Of a stretch of 64,000 nucleotides of DNA, positions 46,479-57,519 are shown piece after piece. The position numbers and the translations under genes were made by a program. Numbering within the stretch: position 1 is the stretch's first letter; every line of letters starts with the position of its first letter. The stretch spans positions 2,976,001 to 3,040,000 of the forward strand of contig OY762926.1 of NCBI GenBank assembly GCA_963666735.1, written 5' to 3'. The notes below the pieces were generated by a model. The model saw only the letters and a program-made list of their open reading frames with translations. It was not told the DNA's origin and did no database searches. The stretch comes from Gemmatimonadota bacterium (GTDB taxonomy: Bacteria; Gemmatimonadota; Gemmatimonadetes; Palauibacterales; Palauibacteraceae).

Positions 46479-47810
46479 CCCGACGAGCGCCGTGTTCACG
46501 ACGGCGCCGGCGAGCGCGGCGGCGAGCGCCAGGCGCAGGAACGCCGGTCCGCCCGAAAGCCGGGCTCGATACGCCACGACGGGTTGGAAGCCTCGTTTCG
46601 GCGTGCGGGCGAAGGGGGTCGGGATCCCGCGGCAGGCCCGCGCGACGGCGAAGGTGAGCGGCACGCCGAGCCCCAGCCCCAGGAGCAGGGCCTCGACGAT
46701 GCGGCGTCCGAGCCGCCGCCGGCGGCGGATCCACCCGGCGGACCCGTAGAAGAGCACGAACGGGACGGTGGCGAGAAGCACGGCGGCTACATGAACGGCC
46801 GTGGGCAGACCGAAGCCGGTCGCCGACGCCCACCCGGCCCCCGCCAGCGCCGCCGCCATCGTGAGCGTCAGCGGATGGACGACGTGTCCCGCGAGATGGG
46901 CCGTCGCCTCGACCTTGATCGCCGCCGGCACGGGGGCGCGCCAGATCCGCGGCAACAGCTTCCTGGCGCTCTGGATTCCGCCCTGCGTCCAACGGCTCTG
47001 CTGGATCTCCACCGCGCGGAGACTGGCCGGCAATTCGGCGGGAACCCGGACGTCGTCCCGGTACACGAAGCGCCAGCCCGCGAGTTGGGCGCGGTAGCTG
47101 AGATCGACGTCCTCGGTGAGGGTGTCGCTCTGCCACCCCCCCGCCGCCTGCACGCACGCCTTGCGCCACATTCCGCCGGATCCGTTGAAGTTGAAGAAGA
47201 GGCCGGCCCGGTATCGCGCCTCGTGCTCGATCGCGAAATGCGCGTCGAGGAAGAGCGCCTGTGCGCGCGTCAGCCAACTCGCGTCGGGGGACAGGTGGTC
47301 CCAGGCCGCCTGCACGGCCCCCACGCCGGGGTCCGCGAAGGGGGGGAGCAACTCCCGAATCAACTCCGGGCGCGGAACGAAATCCGCGTCGAGCACGAGC
47401 AGGAAGTCTCCGCGGGCCAGGGCCGTGCCGTGGGCGAGCGCGCCGGCCTTGTACCCTTCGCGGGAGGCCCGGCGCACGTGCCGGATGTCGATCCCGCGAG
47501 CCCGCCACTCGCGCACGCGCCGCGCCGCGGTCGCCACCGTCTCGTCGTCGGAGTCGTCGAGCAACTGGATCTCGAGGCGGTCCGCCGGATAGCGCAGGCG
47601 GCACGCCGCGTCGATGAGCCGTTCGACGACGTTGGCTTCGTTGAAGATGGGCAGTTGCACCGTGACGACCGGAAGCGCGTCCTCCCAGGAGCGCGATTCC
47701 ACCCTGGCGGGTCGGCGCATTCGCAGCCAGAGCAGGCGCAGCCGATGCGCCCCGAAGGGGGCGAGGAGGGCGAGGAGCGCCAGGTACGCCAGGGGTCCGA
47801 TCCCGCTCAT
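46377..47810 (-). CDS. GT2 cellulose-synthase-like glycosyltransferase
   Basis: VTVQLPIFNE, GYKAGAL, DADF, TEDVD and QQSRW motifs. Confidence 0.9.
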   Translation of the reverse strand: MSGIGPLAYLALLALLAPFGAHRLRLLWLRMRRPARVESRSWEDALPVVTVQLPIFNEANVVERLIDAACRLRYPADRLEIQLLDDSDDETVATAARRVREWRARGIDIRHVRRASREGYKAGALAHGTALARGDFLLVLDADFVPRPELIRELLPPFADPGVGAVQAAWDHLSPDASWLTRAQALFLDAHFAIEHEARYRAGLFFNFNGSGGMWRKACVQAAGGWQSDTLTEDVDLSYRAQLAGWRFVYRDDVRVPAELPASLRAVEIQQSRWTQGGIQSARKLLPRIWRAPVPAAIKVEATAHLAGHVVHPLTLTMAAALAGAGWASATGFGLPTAVHVAAVLLATVPFVLFYGSAGWIRRRRRLGRRIVEALLLGLGLGVPLTFAVARACRGIPTPFARTPKRGFQPVVAYRARLSGGPAFLRLALAAALAGAVVNTALVGSPAVLPFTALFAAGYALTTRESLRTPSPPAIPG

Positions 47811-47812
47811 CG

Positions 47813-49129
47813 TCAGTTCGGCGTCTCCGGCCGGAAATCGAGTCGGTCGAGCGCGATGACGCCGTCGCTCATCACGAACAGCACGTCCTGGTACTGGCCG
47901 ATGTCATCGAGCGGGTTGCGGTCGACGACCAGAAGGTCCGCCTCGAACCCTGCCGCGACCCGTCCCGTGCGGTCCGCGATGCCGAGCAACTCCGCCGCAA
48001 CGGTGGTCGCGGACCGGATCGCATCGAGTTCGCTCATTCCGATTCCCACGAGTTCCATCAGTTCATGGCTCAGGCGGAGGACGCTCTCCGACCCGTAGCC
48101 CGTGTCGGTCGCCGCGACGACGGGCACCCCGAGCGCGTGGGCGGCCGCGGCCGTTTCCCGGACCCGGGGGAGCATGTGCCGTCCGCGCACCTGTAGCACC
48201 GGATCGTCGTAGTCGCCACCGGGGAGCGTGAGATCCGATACGACGGCGATCGTCGGCACCAGATACGTGCCCCGCTCCCGCATGAGGCGCAGCGTTGCGT
48301 CGCCCAGGTACGTCCCGTGCTCGATGCTTCGCACGCCCGCCGCGACCGCGGCCCGGCCGCCCCGGTCCCCGTGCGCGTGCGCGGCCACCGGCACGCCGCC
48401 GCCCGCCGCGTCCGCCACCAGCGCCGAAAGTTCGGCCTCCGTGAAGAACGGCTTGCGGGGGTCGGTTTCCGGCAGGCCCGCGCGCTCGGTCGCGTTGACC
48501 TTGATGAAGTCCACGCCGCGATCGAGCATCGCGCGCGCCACCCGCCCCAGCGCCTCGGGCCCGCGCACATCGCGTCCGAGAAGGTCGCTGAGACCCGGCT
48601 CATCGAGGAAGAGACCCTCCGCCGGGCGGGGCCGCACATGGTAGCCCGCGGCGAGGATCTCCGGACCCGCGAAGCTCCCGCGCCGGAAGAGTTCCCGCAG
48701 GCCGACGTCGGCGAAGAATCCCGCCCCCATGCTGCGCGCCGTCGTGACTCCGGAGAGGAGTGCCCGGCGGGCCGCCTCGAGCGTCGCGATGTGGACGTGC
48801 GCGTCGATGAGGCCGGGGACGAGGAAGCGGCCGCCGAGGTCGACCGCCTGCGCGGCGGCGGGCGCCTCGCCCCCCTCCGCCACGGAAACGATGACCCCCT
48901 CCCGCACGACGACCGTCGCGTTCGAGAGGACGCCGGAGGTCCCCGGATCGATCACCGAGGCGCCGGTGAAAGCGATCGCCTCGCTCTGGCCCGCCGCCGG
49001 CACCGGGAAGGCCAGACAGGCGAACAGGACGCCGGCGCACCGGGAGCGCCGGCCGAGTGAGCCGAATCCGCAGACTCCGCCGAGTCGGGAACGTCGGGAC
49101 GCGGTCGCCGCTGAAGTGATGACAGCCAT
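47813..49129 (-). CDS. Amidohydrolase family protein, exported (start uncertain)
   Basis: PGLIDAHVH, GVD.IK, AAHAHG, SIEHG and ATD motifs. Confidence 0.88.
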   Translation of the reverse strand: MAVITSAATASRRSRLGGVCGFGSLGRRSRCAGVLFACLAFPVPAAGQSEAIAFTGASVIDPGTSGVLSNATVVVREGVIVSVAEGGEAPAAAQAVDLGGRFLVPGLIDAHVHIATLEAARRALLSGVTTARSMGAGFFADVGLRELFRRGSFAGPEILAAGYHVRPRPAEGLFLDEPGLSDLLGRDVRGPEALGRVARAMLDRGVDFIKVNATERAGLPETDPRKPFFTEAELSALVADAAGGGVPVAAHAHGDRGGRAAVAAGVRSIEHGTYLGDATLRLMRERGTYLVPTIAVVSDLTLPGGDYDDPVLQVRGRHMLPRVRETAAAAHALGVPVVAATDTGYGSESVLRLSHELMELVGIGMSELDAIRSATTVAAELLGIADRTGRVAAGFEADLLVVDRNPLDDIGQYQDVLFVMSDGVIALDRLDFRPETPN

Positions 49130-49243
49130 TCGGAACCTCCGGCATCGTGAGGGTGAGGCACCAACATGCCTTCGGCCGGGGGCCGGGGGTAGAAGCGGGC
49201 CGGGGGTGGCGCGCGCCGCCGTCGATCCGGCTACGTTGGCCGC

Positions 49244-50839
49244 ATGCAGCGCACCACGCAGCGCACGACGCCACCACTGCCACGCGAGACCGCCCAGGGT
49301 GGGGATCCGCTTCCGTTTCCCCTGCGCGTCGCCGCCATCGATGTGGGATCCAACGCGTTTCGCTTCGTCGCGGCCGAGTTCAGCGACCCGCACCGCTACG
49401 TGGAACTCGCTTCGGAGAGGGTCGCGGTCCGGCTGGGGCATTCGGCCTTCCTCACCGGCGAACTGTCGCCTTCCGCCATCGACCGGACCGTCGAGGGGTT
49501 CCGGCGCTTCCGGGAGGAGATTGATCGCCTGGACATCGAGCACGTGCGCGCCGTGGCCACCAGCGCCGTGCGGGAGAGCCGCAACGGCGCCGACCTCGTC
49601 CGCCGCGTCGAAGAGGAGGCGGGAATCCGGCTCGACCTCATCTCCGGCACGGATGAAGCGCGCCTCGTGTGGATGTCCGTGAAACAGCAGCTCGACTTCG
49701 GCGACGCCAAGTGGATGCTCGTGGATCTCGGCGGCGGGAGCGTCGAAGTCTCGCTGGCGGACCAGTCCGGGATCATGTGGAGCGAGTCGCACCGGATGGG
49801 CTCGGTGCGGCTGCTCGAGGAGCTCACGGGGGCGGCCGATGCCCCGGCGCACTTCGCGAATCTGCTCGCGGAGTACGCCGCCACCCTCCGCATTCCGCAC
49901 GCGAGCAAGCACTGGACGCCGGTCCAGTTGATCGCCACCGGCGGCAATATCGAGGAGCTTGCCCGCCTCGCGGGCCAACGCGCCGCCGACGGGATCCGCC
50001 GCATCACGCGGGCGGAACTCGCCATGGCGATCGAGGAGTTCTCCCATCTCTCCTACAGCCAGCGCATCGGACGGCTGGGCCTGCGGGAAGATCGGGCCGA
50101 CGTGATCCTCCCTGCCGCGATCGTGTACGACCGCGTCGCCGAACTCGCGGGGGCCGAGCACATCCTCGTCCCCGGAGTCGGTGTAAGGGAGGGCGTCCTG
50201 TTCGACCTCGTCGATGAGTTGGCGAGCGGGGCCGGTTTCGGGCGGCTGGAGCGGATCGTCCACGAAGGAGCGCTCACGCTCGGGCGCAGATATCTCTTCG
50301 ACGAGGATCACGGACGCCACGTCGCGTCGCTGGCCATCTCGCTGTTCGATCAACTTGCCGAGGTTCACGCCCTCGAACCGCGCGACCGGCGGATCCTGCT
50401 GGCGGGAGCGATGCTGCACGACATCGGGCAGCACATCTCCTACGCGAAACACCACAAGCACTCGCTCTACCTGATCCATCACAGCGAGATCCCGGGGATC
50501 GCGCCGAACGAACTCCCGCTCGTCGCCCTGGTGGCGCGCTACCACCGGCGCGCCGAACCGCGCCGCGGCCACTACCTCTACCGCGACCTGAATCCTCACG
50601 ACCGCGGACGCGTGGAGCGGCTCGCCGCCCTCCTTCGCATCGCGGACTCCCTCGACCGCGAGCACCTTCAACGCGTGCACAGCGTCGAGGCGCGCGTGCA
50701 CGAACACCGGCTCGAACTGCGTCTCGAGCGGAGGGGACGCCTGCTCCTCGAGCAGTGGGCGCTGCGCAAGAAGGGGAAGCTCTTCGCCCGCATCTTCGGC
50801 CTCGATCCGTACGTCACCTTCGACCTGTCCTCCGACTGA
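49244..50839 (+). CDS. ppx: Exopolyphosphatase Ppx/GppA with HD domain
   Basis: AAIDVGSN, ATSAVRE, DLGGGS.E, GVREG and LHDIG motifs. Confidence 0.93.
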   Translation: MQRTTQRTTPPLPRETAQGGDPLPFPLRVAAIDVGSNAFRFVAAEFSDPHRYVELASERVAVRLGHSAFLTGELSPSAIDRTVEGFRRFREEIDRLDIEHVRAVATSAVRESRNGADLVRRVEEEAGIRLDLISGTDEARLVWMSVKQQLDFGDAKWMLVDLGGGSVEVSLADQSGIMWSESHRMGSVRLLEELTGAADAPAHFANLLAEYAATLRIPHASKHWTPVQLIATGGNIEELARLAGQRAADGIRRITRAELAMAIEEFSHLSYSQRIGRLGLREDRADVILPAAIVYDRVAELAGAEHILVPGVGVREGVLFDLVDELASGAGFGRLERIVHEGALTLGRRYLFDEDHGRHVASLAISLFDQLAEVHALEPRDRRILLAGAMLHDIGQHISYAKHHKHSLYLIHHSEIPGIAPNELPLVALVARYHRRAEPRRGHYLYRDLNPHDRGRVERLAALLRIADSLDREHLQRVHSVEARVHEHRLELRLERRGRLLLEQWALRKKGKLFARIFGLDPYVTFDLSSD

Positions 50840-50932
50840 GGCGTCGAGAACGAGCGGGATGGGGGGTGCAGGGCTTATAATTCAAGCCCTGCGTTCGCAA
50901 ATCGTTCGCGAAAGAGTGGCCGGGAGCGCCGT

Positions 50933-53338
50933 GTGTCGTCCGAATCGAGAGCCGAATCGAAAGCCGAGCCGAAAGAAGCGCCCCGTCGGTCGTGGGTCCA
51001 CCACGGGAGCCGGCGCGCCGCCGGCACTTCTCCGGCGGCGCCGTCCGGCTCCGCCGCCGTGAACGGGTCCCCGACGCGCGAGGCCCGCCCGCCCGCCGCT
51101 GCCGCCCCGACGCCGGACGCCCCGAGGCCGGACAGCGACGCCGGCGCCACTCCCCGTCCGTCCGGCCCGGAGGTCGGCCACCGCGTAGGGGGCACCCCGG
51201 TCCTCCCGCGCGCCGCGGCGCCGAAGCCCGTTCCCGACGGCGCGAAGCCGGGCCATCCATCGCTCTACTTCAACGCGGAACTCAGCTGGCTGGACTTCAA
51301 CTGGCGCGTGCTCTACCAGGCCATGGACGAGCGCACGCCGCTGCTGGAGCGGCTCCGCTTCCTCGCGATCACGGAGAACAACCTCGACGAATTCGTGATG
51401 AAGCAGGTCGGCGGCCTCAAGCGCGTGCTCGGGGCGGGCGTGGTGAAGCCATCCCTGGACGGGCGCGGGCCCGCCGAACAACTGGATCTCGTGCGCGAGG
51501 GCGTCCGCACCATGCGGACCCGGCTGGCGGAGGTGTGGGAGGAGGAACTCCGGCCGCGCCTCGCGTCGGAACTCGACATCGTCGTGCGCGACTTCGAGGA
51601 TCTGAACGAAGAGGAACGCGAGCACGTGCGCCGCGTATTCGCGGATCGCATTTATCCGGTCCTCACGCCGCTGGCCGTCGATCCGGGACACCCGTTCCCC
51701 TTCCTGTCCAACATGAGCCTCTCGCTCGCCCTGATGCTCGAGCACCCGGAACGCCGGACCCGCCACTTCGCCCGGGTGAAGATCCCCACGGCGCTGCGCT
51801 GGGTCGAACTCCCGGAGAGCGGGCACGTGGTCCCCGTCGAGCAGGTGGTGCGGCACTTCGCGGGCGAGCTCTTCCGGGGGATGAGGATCGAGAGCGCGTC
51901 GCTGTTCCGCGTCACCCGAAACGCGGATGTGGCCCGGGACGAAGAGGTGGCGGACGACCTCCTGCAGATGATCTCCGAAGAGCTTCGCGAGCGGCGCTTC
52001 GCGCGCGTCGTGCGTCTGGAGGTCGAGCCGGGCATGCCCGACGACGTGCGACAGTTCCTCGTTCACCAACTCGAACTGGACGAGGAAGATCTGTACGAGA
52101 TTCCGGGCCTGCTCGAGATGTCGGGTTTTTGGCAGATCGCGGCCGAGGGTCCCTGGGAACACCGGCACGAACCCTGGGAGCCGATGATCCCGCCGCGCCT
52201 CATCCGCGAAGGCGAGACGGAGGACCGTCCCGACATCTTCACGGTGATTCGCGCGGGCGACCTCATGGTGCACCACCCGTACGAGTCCTTCACCGCCACG
52301 GTGCAGCAGTTCATCGAGGAGGCCGCCGCGGATCCCGCGGTCGTGGCCATCAAGCAGACGCTCTACCGGACGGCGGAGCACTCGCGGATCATCGCCGCGC
52401 TGGTGCGGGCGGCCGAGGCGGGCAAGGCGGTCGCCGTGCTCGTGGAGGTCACGGCCCGCTTCGACGAGGCCGACAACATGGAGTGGGCGTCTGTTCTGGA
52501 GGAGGCGGGCGTCAACGTCACGTACGGTCTCGTCGGGCTGAAGACGCACGCGAAGGTCGCGCTCGTCGTCCGCGAGGAAGAGGACGAGATCCGCACCTAC
52601 TGCCACATCGGCACCGGCAACTACAACTCCGAGACCGCGCAGATCTACGCGGACATCGGGATCCTCACGGCGCGTCCGGAGATCGGCCGCGATGCGGTGA
52701 ACCTGTTCCACTACCTGACGGGGTACGCCCCCGACCAGCACTACGAGGAGCTCATCGTCGCGCCCCGCGACCTGCGACGGGCCCTCATCGCCCGGATCGA
52801 GCGCGAGGTTTCCCATGTCGAGGCCGGCCGGAGGGGGCGCATGATCATGAAGATGAACGGCCTCGACGACCCGAAGGTGATCCGCGCCCTCTACGCGGCG
52901 TCCGCCGCCGGCGTGCAGATCGACCTCATCATCCGCGGCCAGTGCCGGCTCCGCCCCGGGATCCCCGGCTTCAGCGAGAACATTCGCGTGCGCAGCATCG
53001 TCGGACGGTTCCTGGAGCACGACCGGATCTTCTGGTGGGAGAACGACGGGAGCGCCGAGGTGTGGATCGGGAGCGCGGACTGGCGCCGCCGAAACCTCGA
53101 CGACCGCGTCGAAGTGCTGCTGCCCGTGCGCGACAAGCGGATCCGGAAACGCCTGCGCAAGACGCTGCGCTTCGCCCTTCGCGACAATCAGCGAGCCTGG
53201 GAACTGCGGCCGACGGGGGAGTACGTGCTGTGCGAGCCCGCGCCGGGCGAGCGCCCCATCGACTATCAGAGCCGGATGTTGAAGGCAGTCCGGAAGCGCC
53301 GCCGCAAGGTGGACGACCACTGGAGCGCCTCGCACTGA
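50933..53338 (+). CDS. ppk1: Polyphosphate kinase 1 (start uncertain)
   Basis: ELSWLDFN.RV, HPFP, HHPYESF, ARFDE..N, KTHAK and GRFLEH motifs. Confidence 0.96.
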   Translation: MSSESRAESKAEPKEAPRRSWVHHGSRRAAGTSPAAPSGSAAVNGSPTREARPPAAAAPTPDAPRPDSDAGATPRPSGPEVGHRVGGTPVLPRAAAPKPVPDGAKPGHPSLYFNAELSWLDFNWRVLYQAMDERTPLLERLRFLAITENNLDEFVMKQVGGLKRVLGAGVVKPSLDGRGPAEQLDLVREGVRTMRTRLAEVWEEELRPRLASELDIVVRDFEDLNEEEREHVRRVFADRIYPVLTPLAVDPGHPFPFLSNMSLSLALMLEHPERRTRHFARVKIPTALRWVELPESGHVVPVEQVVRHFAGELFRGMRIESASLFRVTRNADVARDEEVADDLLQMISEELRERRFARVVRLEVEPGMPDDVRQFLVHQLELDEEDLYEIPGLLEMSGFWQIAAEGPWEHRHEPWEPMIPPRLIREGETEDRPDIFTVIRAGDLMVHHPYESFTATVQQFIEEAAADPAVVAIKQTLYRTAEHSRIIAALVRAAEAGKAVAVLVEVTARFDEADNMEWASVLEEAGVNVTYGLVGLKTHAKVALVVREEEDEIRTYCHIGTGNYNSETAQIYADIGILTARPEIGRDAVNLFHYLTGYAPDQHYEELIVAPRDLRRALIARIEREVSHVEAGRRGRMIMKMNGLDDPKVIRALYAASAAGVQIDLIIRGQCRLRPGIPGFSENIRVRSIVGRFLEHDRIFWWENDGSAEVWIGSADWRRRNLDDRVEVLLPVRDKRIRKRLRKTLRFALRDNQRAWELRPTGEYVLCEPAPGERPIDYQSRMLKAVRKRRRKVDDHWSASH

Positions 53339-53360
53339 CGCGGAGCCTTGCCGCCGCCCG

Positions 53361-54029
53361 CTAAGGCGGGTTTGCCGTCCCCTCCTGGTGCCGGATCGTG
53401 ATGCCTTGGACCATGTAGACGACATCCTCCCCGATGTTCGTCGCGAGGTCGCCGATCCTCTCGAGGTTGCGGCCGATGAGGATGACCTGCAGGCACGCCG
53501 ACAGGTTGTAGTCCGGCATATGCGTGATCATCACCCGGCCCAGCGAGTCCTGGAGCTGGTCCAGCCGGTCGTCCCGGGCGATCACCGAGCGCGCGTCGTC
53601 CGCGTTCCGGTGTACGAAGGCGTCGAGCGCATCGCGCAGCATCGCCCGCGCCATACGGCTCATCTCGTCCAGTTCGGGCGGGACCGGCACCTTCTTCTCG
53701 GCCCCCGCCAGCCGTTCGGCCGCTTCGGCGATGTTCACCGCATGGTCGCCGATCCGCTCGAGGTCGTTGTTGATCTTGAGCACCGTGACGAGCACGCGCA
53801 GGTCGCTCGCCACCGGATGGTGGAGCGCGAGGATCTCCACCGTGGATTCCTCGACCTCCACCTCGACCCGGTCGATGGCGTCGTCCGCTTCCCGGATCGC
53901 TTCCGCGTCCACGACGGGTTGGCCCACGAGCGCCACCGCCCGCTGCACGAGTTGCTCGATGTCGTGCGCCATCCGGTGCAACGTGCGCGTGACGTCGCTC
54001 ACCCGGTCGTCGAACTGCCTGAAGGACAT
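53361..54029 (-). CDS. phoU: Phosphate signalling protein PhoU
   Basis: PVASDLR, DLERIGDHA.NIA and LERIGDLATNIGE motifs. Confidence 0.95.
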   Translation of the reverse strand: MSFRQFDDRVSDVTRTLHRMAHDIEQLVQRAVALVGQPVVDAEAIREADDAIDRVEVEVEESTVEILALHHPVASDLRVLVTVLKINNDLERIGDHAVNIAEAAERLAGAEKKVPVPPELDEMSRMARAMLRDALDAFVHRNADDARSVIARDDRLDQLQDSLGRVMITHMPDYNLSACLQVILIGRNLERIGDLATNIGEDVVYMVQGITIRHQEGTANPP

Positions 54030-54043
54030 CGGCGGCGGCCCTT

Positions 54044-54805
54044 CTAGCCCCGCCGGCCCGTGATGTAGGCCTCGGTCCGCTCGTCCTCCGGATTGGTGAA
54101 CAAGCGCTGCGTCTCCTTGTATTCGACCAGGTCGCCCATGTAGAGGAAGGCCGTGTCGTCGCTGATGCGCGCGGCCTGCTGCATGTTATGCGTCACGATC
54201 ACGATCGTGTAGTCTCCGCGCAGATCTCCGATGAGGTCCTCCACGCGGCCGGTCGCGATCGGGTCGAGCGCGCTCGCCGGCTCGTCCATGAGGAGAACCT
54301 CCGGTTCCACCGCCAGCGCCCTCGCGATGCAGAGCCGCTGCTGCTGTCCGGCCGAGAGCCCGAGGGCGTCCGCGTCGAGGCGGTGGCTCACTTCGTCCCA
54401 GAGCGCGGCCGCGCGGAGCGACGCCTCCACCCGATCGCCGATGTCGTCCCGGAACCCGTTGATCCGCAGGCCGAACGCGATGTTCTCGAAGATCGACTTC
54501 GGAAACAGGTTCGGCTTCTGGAACACCATCCCGATGTTGCGCCGGACGTCGGCCGGGTCGACGCCGGGCGCGTAGAGATCCCGCCCGCGGAACAGGACCC
54601 GGCCGGTGACGCGGGCCGTCGGCACGAGGTCGTTCATGCGGTTGAAGCAACGCAGGAGCGTGCTCTTGCCGCAACCGGAAGGCCCGATGAAGGCGACCAC
54701 CCGCTTTTCCGGTATCGTGAGCGAGATGTCCCCGATCACCCGGGTCTCGCCGTAGCGAACGCCGAGCCCGACGGTCTCGAGGACCGCATCCGACGCCACG
54801 GTCAC
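54044..54805 (-). CDS. pstB: Phosphate ABC transporter ATPase
   Basis: [26 protein letters not shown] and [10 protein letters not shown] motifs. Confidence 0.96.
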   Translation of the reverse strand: MTVASDAVLETVGLGVRYGETRVIGDISLTIPEKRVVAFIGPSGCGKSTLLRCFNRMNDLVPTARVTGRVLFRGRDLYAPGVDPADVRRNIGMVFQKPNLFPKSIFENIAFGLRINGFRDDIGDRVEASLRAAALWDEVSHRLDADALGLSAGQQQRLCIARALAVEPEVLLMDEPASALDPIATGRVEDLIGDLRGDYTIVIVTHNMQQAARISDDTAFLYMGDLVEYKETQRLFTNPEDERTEAYITGRRG

Positions 54806-55680
54806 CTCTCGTATCGGTTACGAATCAGAATCGCGGCCGCGTTCATCATGAGCAGCACGCCCAACAGTACCACAATGGCTCCTGCCGCCAGCGCATGGAA
54901 CTCCCCGCGTGGATCCGTGGTCCAGTTGAAGATCTGGATCGGCAGGGCCGTGAAGGGATCCATGGGCGAGACCGGATCGAACGCGATGAACGTCAGGCCC
55001 CCGATGATGAGCAGCGGGGCGGTCTCCCCCCCCGCGCGCGAGAGACCGAGGATGGCGCCGGACAGGATTCCCGGCAGGGCCGCCGGGAGCACGTGGTGCC
55101 GGATGGTCTGCCAGCGCGTGGCGCCGAGCGCACAGGCGGCTTCCCGCAACGAGTTCGGGACGGCGCGGATCGCCTCGCGGGCCGCGATGTTGACGAGGGG
55201 GAGCACGAGCAGCGACAGCGTCGCCGCTCCGGCGAGCAGGCTCCGCTCCAGCGCCAGGAAGCGGACGAACACGGCCAGGCCGAGGATGCCGTAGACGATG
55301 GAGGGCACGCCGGCGAGGTTCGCGATGTTCGTCTTCAGCAGGCTCGTGAAGCGGTTCCTCGGGGCGTATTCCTCCAGGTACAGCGCGGCGCCGACTCCGA
55401 GCGGAAAGGACATCGCCGCCGCCAACGCAAGCATCCACGCGCTCCCGAGGATGGCGGAGCGAATCCCGGCACGCTCCGGGAAACGCGACGGATGGCTGGC
55501 CAGGAACTCGAACGACAGCACCGGCAGCGCGTCCGCGAGGATACTCGCGAGGAGGACGACCAGGGACGCGACCCCGAAGGCCACCGCAAGGCGGCACAGC
55601 CACTTGAACCGGACCCCGGCGCGGCGGCGGGCCTCGAGGCGCGGGTCGAAACGGCCTCCGCGGAGCGCGCCCGGACTCAC
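54802..55680 (-). CDS. pstA: Phosphate ABC transporter permease PstA
   Basis: [16 protein letters not shown] and GETAPL motifs. Confidence 0.95.
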   Translation of the reverse strand: MSPGALRGGRFDPRLEARRRAGVRFKWLCRLAVAFGVASLVVLLASILADALPVLSFEFLASHPSRFPERAGIRSAILGSAWMLALAAAMSFPLGVGAALYLEEYAPRNRFTSLLKTNIANLAGVPSIVYGILGLAVFVRFLALERSLLAGAATLSLLVLPLVNIAAREAIRAVPNSLREAACALGATRWQTIRHHVLPAALPGILSGAILGLSRAGGETAPLLIIGGLTFIAFDPVSPMDPFTALPIQIFNWTTDPRGEFHALAAGAIVVLLGVLLMMNAAAILIRNRYER

Positions 55681-56591
55681 CGGAAGCTCCCCCGGAAGCT
55701 CCCCCGGAAGCGCGCAGCCATGCGCTGGCTCAGCAGGTTGAGGGCCAGCGTGATGAGGAAGAGAAGGAGGCCGGCGGCGAACAGGGTCCGGTATTCGACG
55801 GACCCGGAGGAGGCGTCGCCCAGGCTCACCTGCACGATGTAGGCCGTCATCGTCTGAACGCTCTGGAGCAGATCCAGCGTCATGCCCGGGGTCGCGCCCG
55901 CGGCCAGCGTCACGACGATCGTCTCGGCGATGGCGCGGGAGATCGCGAGGACGAAGCTGGCGGCGATGCCGGGCAGACCCGCCGGCACCACGATCCGCGT
56001 CACCACCTCGTACGGGGTGGCTCCGACGCCGTACGCGGCCTCGCGCAGAGAGCCGGGGACCGCGCTCAGCGCGTCTTCGGAGAGAGATGACACCATCGGA
56101 AGGATCATGATGCCCACGACGATGGCGGCGCTCGCGGCATTGAAGACGCCCGCCGACGGGAAGAACGACCTGAGGATCGGGGTGACGAGGATCACGGCAA
56201 AGTAGCCGTAGACGACCGTCGGAATCCCCGCGAGAATCTCGAGCGCCGGCTTGACGGTCCGCTTCGTCCGGATCGATGCGAACTCGCTCAGGTAGATGGC
56301 CGTGGCCAGTCCCACCGGGAGCGCGATCAGCGCCGCGCCAGCCGCGACGAGGAGGGTGCCGTTGACCAGCGGGAGGATGCCGAACGACCGCGGCACGAGG
56401 TCCGGGGACCAGCGCGTCCCCGCGAGAAACTCGACCGGGGATACTTCGGCGAAGAAGCCCAGCGACTGGGTGAGCAGCACCACGACGATCCCGACCGTCG
56501 TCAGGATGGAGAGCGCTCCGCAGCCGAAGAGGAGCGCCCCGATCAGGCGCTCGCCGAGGGTGCTAGCCGATCCGGGCTCGGATTTCCGCAT
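55677..56591 (-). CDS. pstC: Phosphate ABC transporter permease PstC
   Basis: [15 protein letters not shown] and SRAIAET motifs. Confidence 0.95.
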   Translation of the reverse strand: MRKSEPGSASTLGERLIGALLFGCGALSILTTVGIVVVLLTQSLGFFAEVSPVEFLAGTRWSPDLVPRSFGILPLVNGTLLVAAGAALIALPVGLATAIYLSEFASIRTKRTVKPALEILAGIPTVVYGYFAVILVTPILRSFFPSAGVFNAASAAIVVGIMILPMVSSLSEDALSAVPGSLREAAYGVGATPYEVVTRIVVPAGLPGIAASFVLAISRAIAETIVVTLAAGATPGMTLDLLQSVQTMTAYIVQVSLGDASSGSVEYRTLFAAGLLLFLITLALNLLSQRMAARFRGSFRGSFR

Positions 56592-57519
56592 ACGCTTCCG
56601 GCTCGAGCGGTATGTACCCCGTCTCCGGGATCAGGGTCGCCGCCCGCTCGAGGAAGAAGCGCACGAATGCCCCGACCTCCGGTCGATCGAGCGCATCGCG
56701 CCGAATGTAGATGTACATCGGTCGAGCGAGCGGCGTGTACGTGCCGTTCAGGATCGTTTCGCGGGACGGTGCGACGCAACCGGCGCCCCCGTCGACCTCA
56801 ATGGCGCGCAGTTGCCCCCGGTTGTCCTCGAAGTACGCGTAGCCGAAGTAGCCGAGCGCGCCCGGATCGCCGCTCACGCCCCCGACGAGCACGTTGTCGT
56901 CGGCGCTGGCGGTGTAGTCGCTCCGGCTGGCGCCCTCCTCGCCGACCACGGCCGCCGTGAAGTAGTCGAAGGTGCCCGAATCGGTGTCGGGTCCGTACAG
57001 CTTCAGTTCCTCATCCGGCCAGCCCGGGCGGAGCTGGCTCCAGCGCTCGACCTCGGACCCGGGCGCCCATAGCCGCCGGAGTTCGGCCACGCTGACGCAG
57101 GCGACCCAGTCGTTGGAGGGGTGCACGACCAGCGTGAGGCCATCGCGGGCGATCTGCACTTCGACGGGCTCGATGCCCTCCGCCCGGCAGGACGCGGCCT
57201 CGGCTTCGTCGATCTTTCGCGAAGCGTTGGTGATGTCCGTCTCGCCGTTGCAGAACCTCTGAAACCCTCCCCCCGTGCCGGAGACGCCCACCGACACGCG
57301 AACCGCGCGTCCGCCGGCGATCTGGAACTCCTCGGCCATCGCCTGGCTGATGGGGAAGACGGTGCTCGAGCCATCTACTTCGATGAGGCCCGACAGGCCT
57401 CCGTCCGGGTCGGCACCGCAACCCGCGAGCGCAAGGGCCGCCAACGTCGCCCATCCCGCACCGGAGCGACGGGAGCAACCGGGGCGACCGGGGCGAAGCG
57501 GCCTGTCAGGCGGGAACAT
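56563..57519 (-). CDS. pstS: Phosphate-binding lipoprotein PstS
   Basis: Lipobox [26 protein letters not shown] and Y.PLARP motifs. Confidence 0.94.
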   Translation of the reverse strand: MFPPDRPLRPGRPGCSRRSGAGWATLAALALAGCGADPDGGLSGLIEVDGSSTVFPISQAMAEEFQIAGGRAVRVSVGVSGTGGGFQRFCNGETDITNASRKIDEAEAASCRAEGIEPVEVQIARDGLTLVVHPSNDWVACVSVAELRRLWAPGSEVERWSQLRPGWPDEELKLYGPDTDSGTFDYFTAAVVGEEGASRSDYTASADDNVLVGGVSGDPGALGYFGYAYFEDNRGQLRAIEVDGGAGCVAPSRETILNGTYTPLARPMYIYIRRDALDRPEVGAFVRFFLERAATLIPETGYIPLEPEAYAEIRARIG

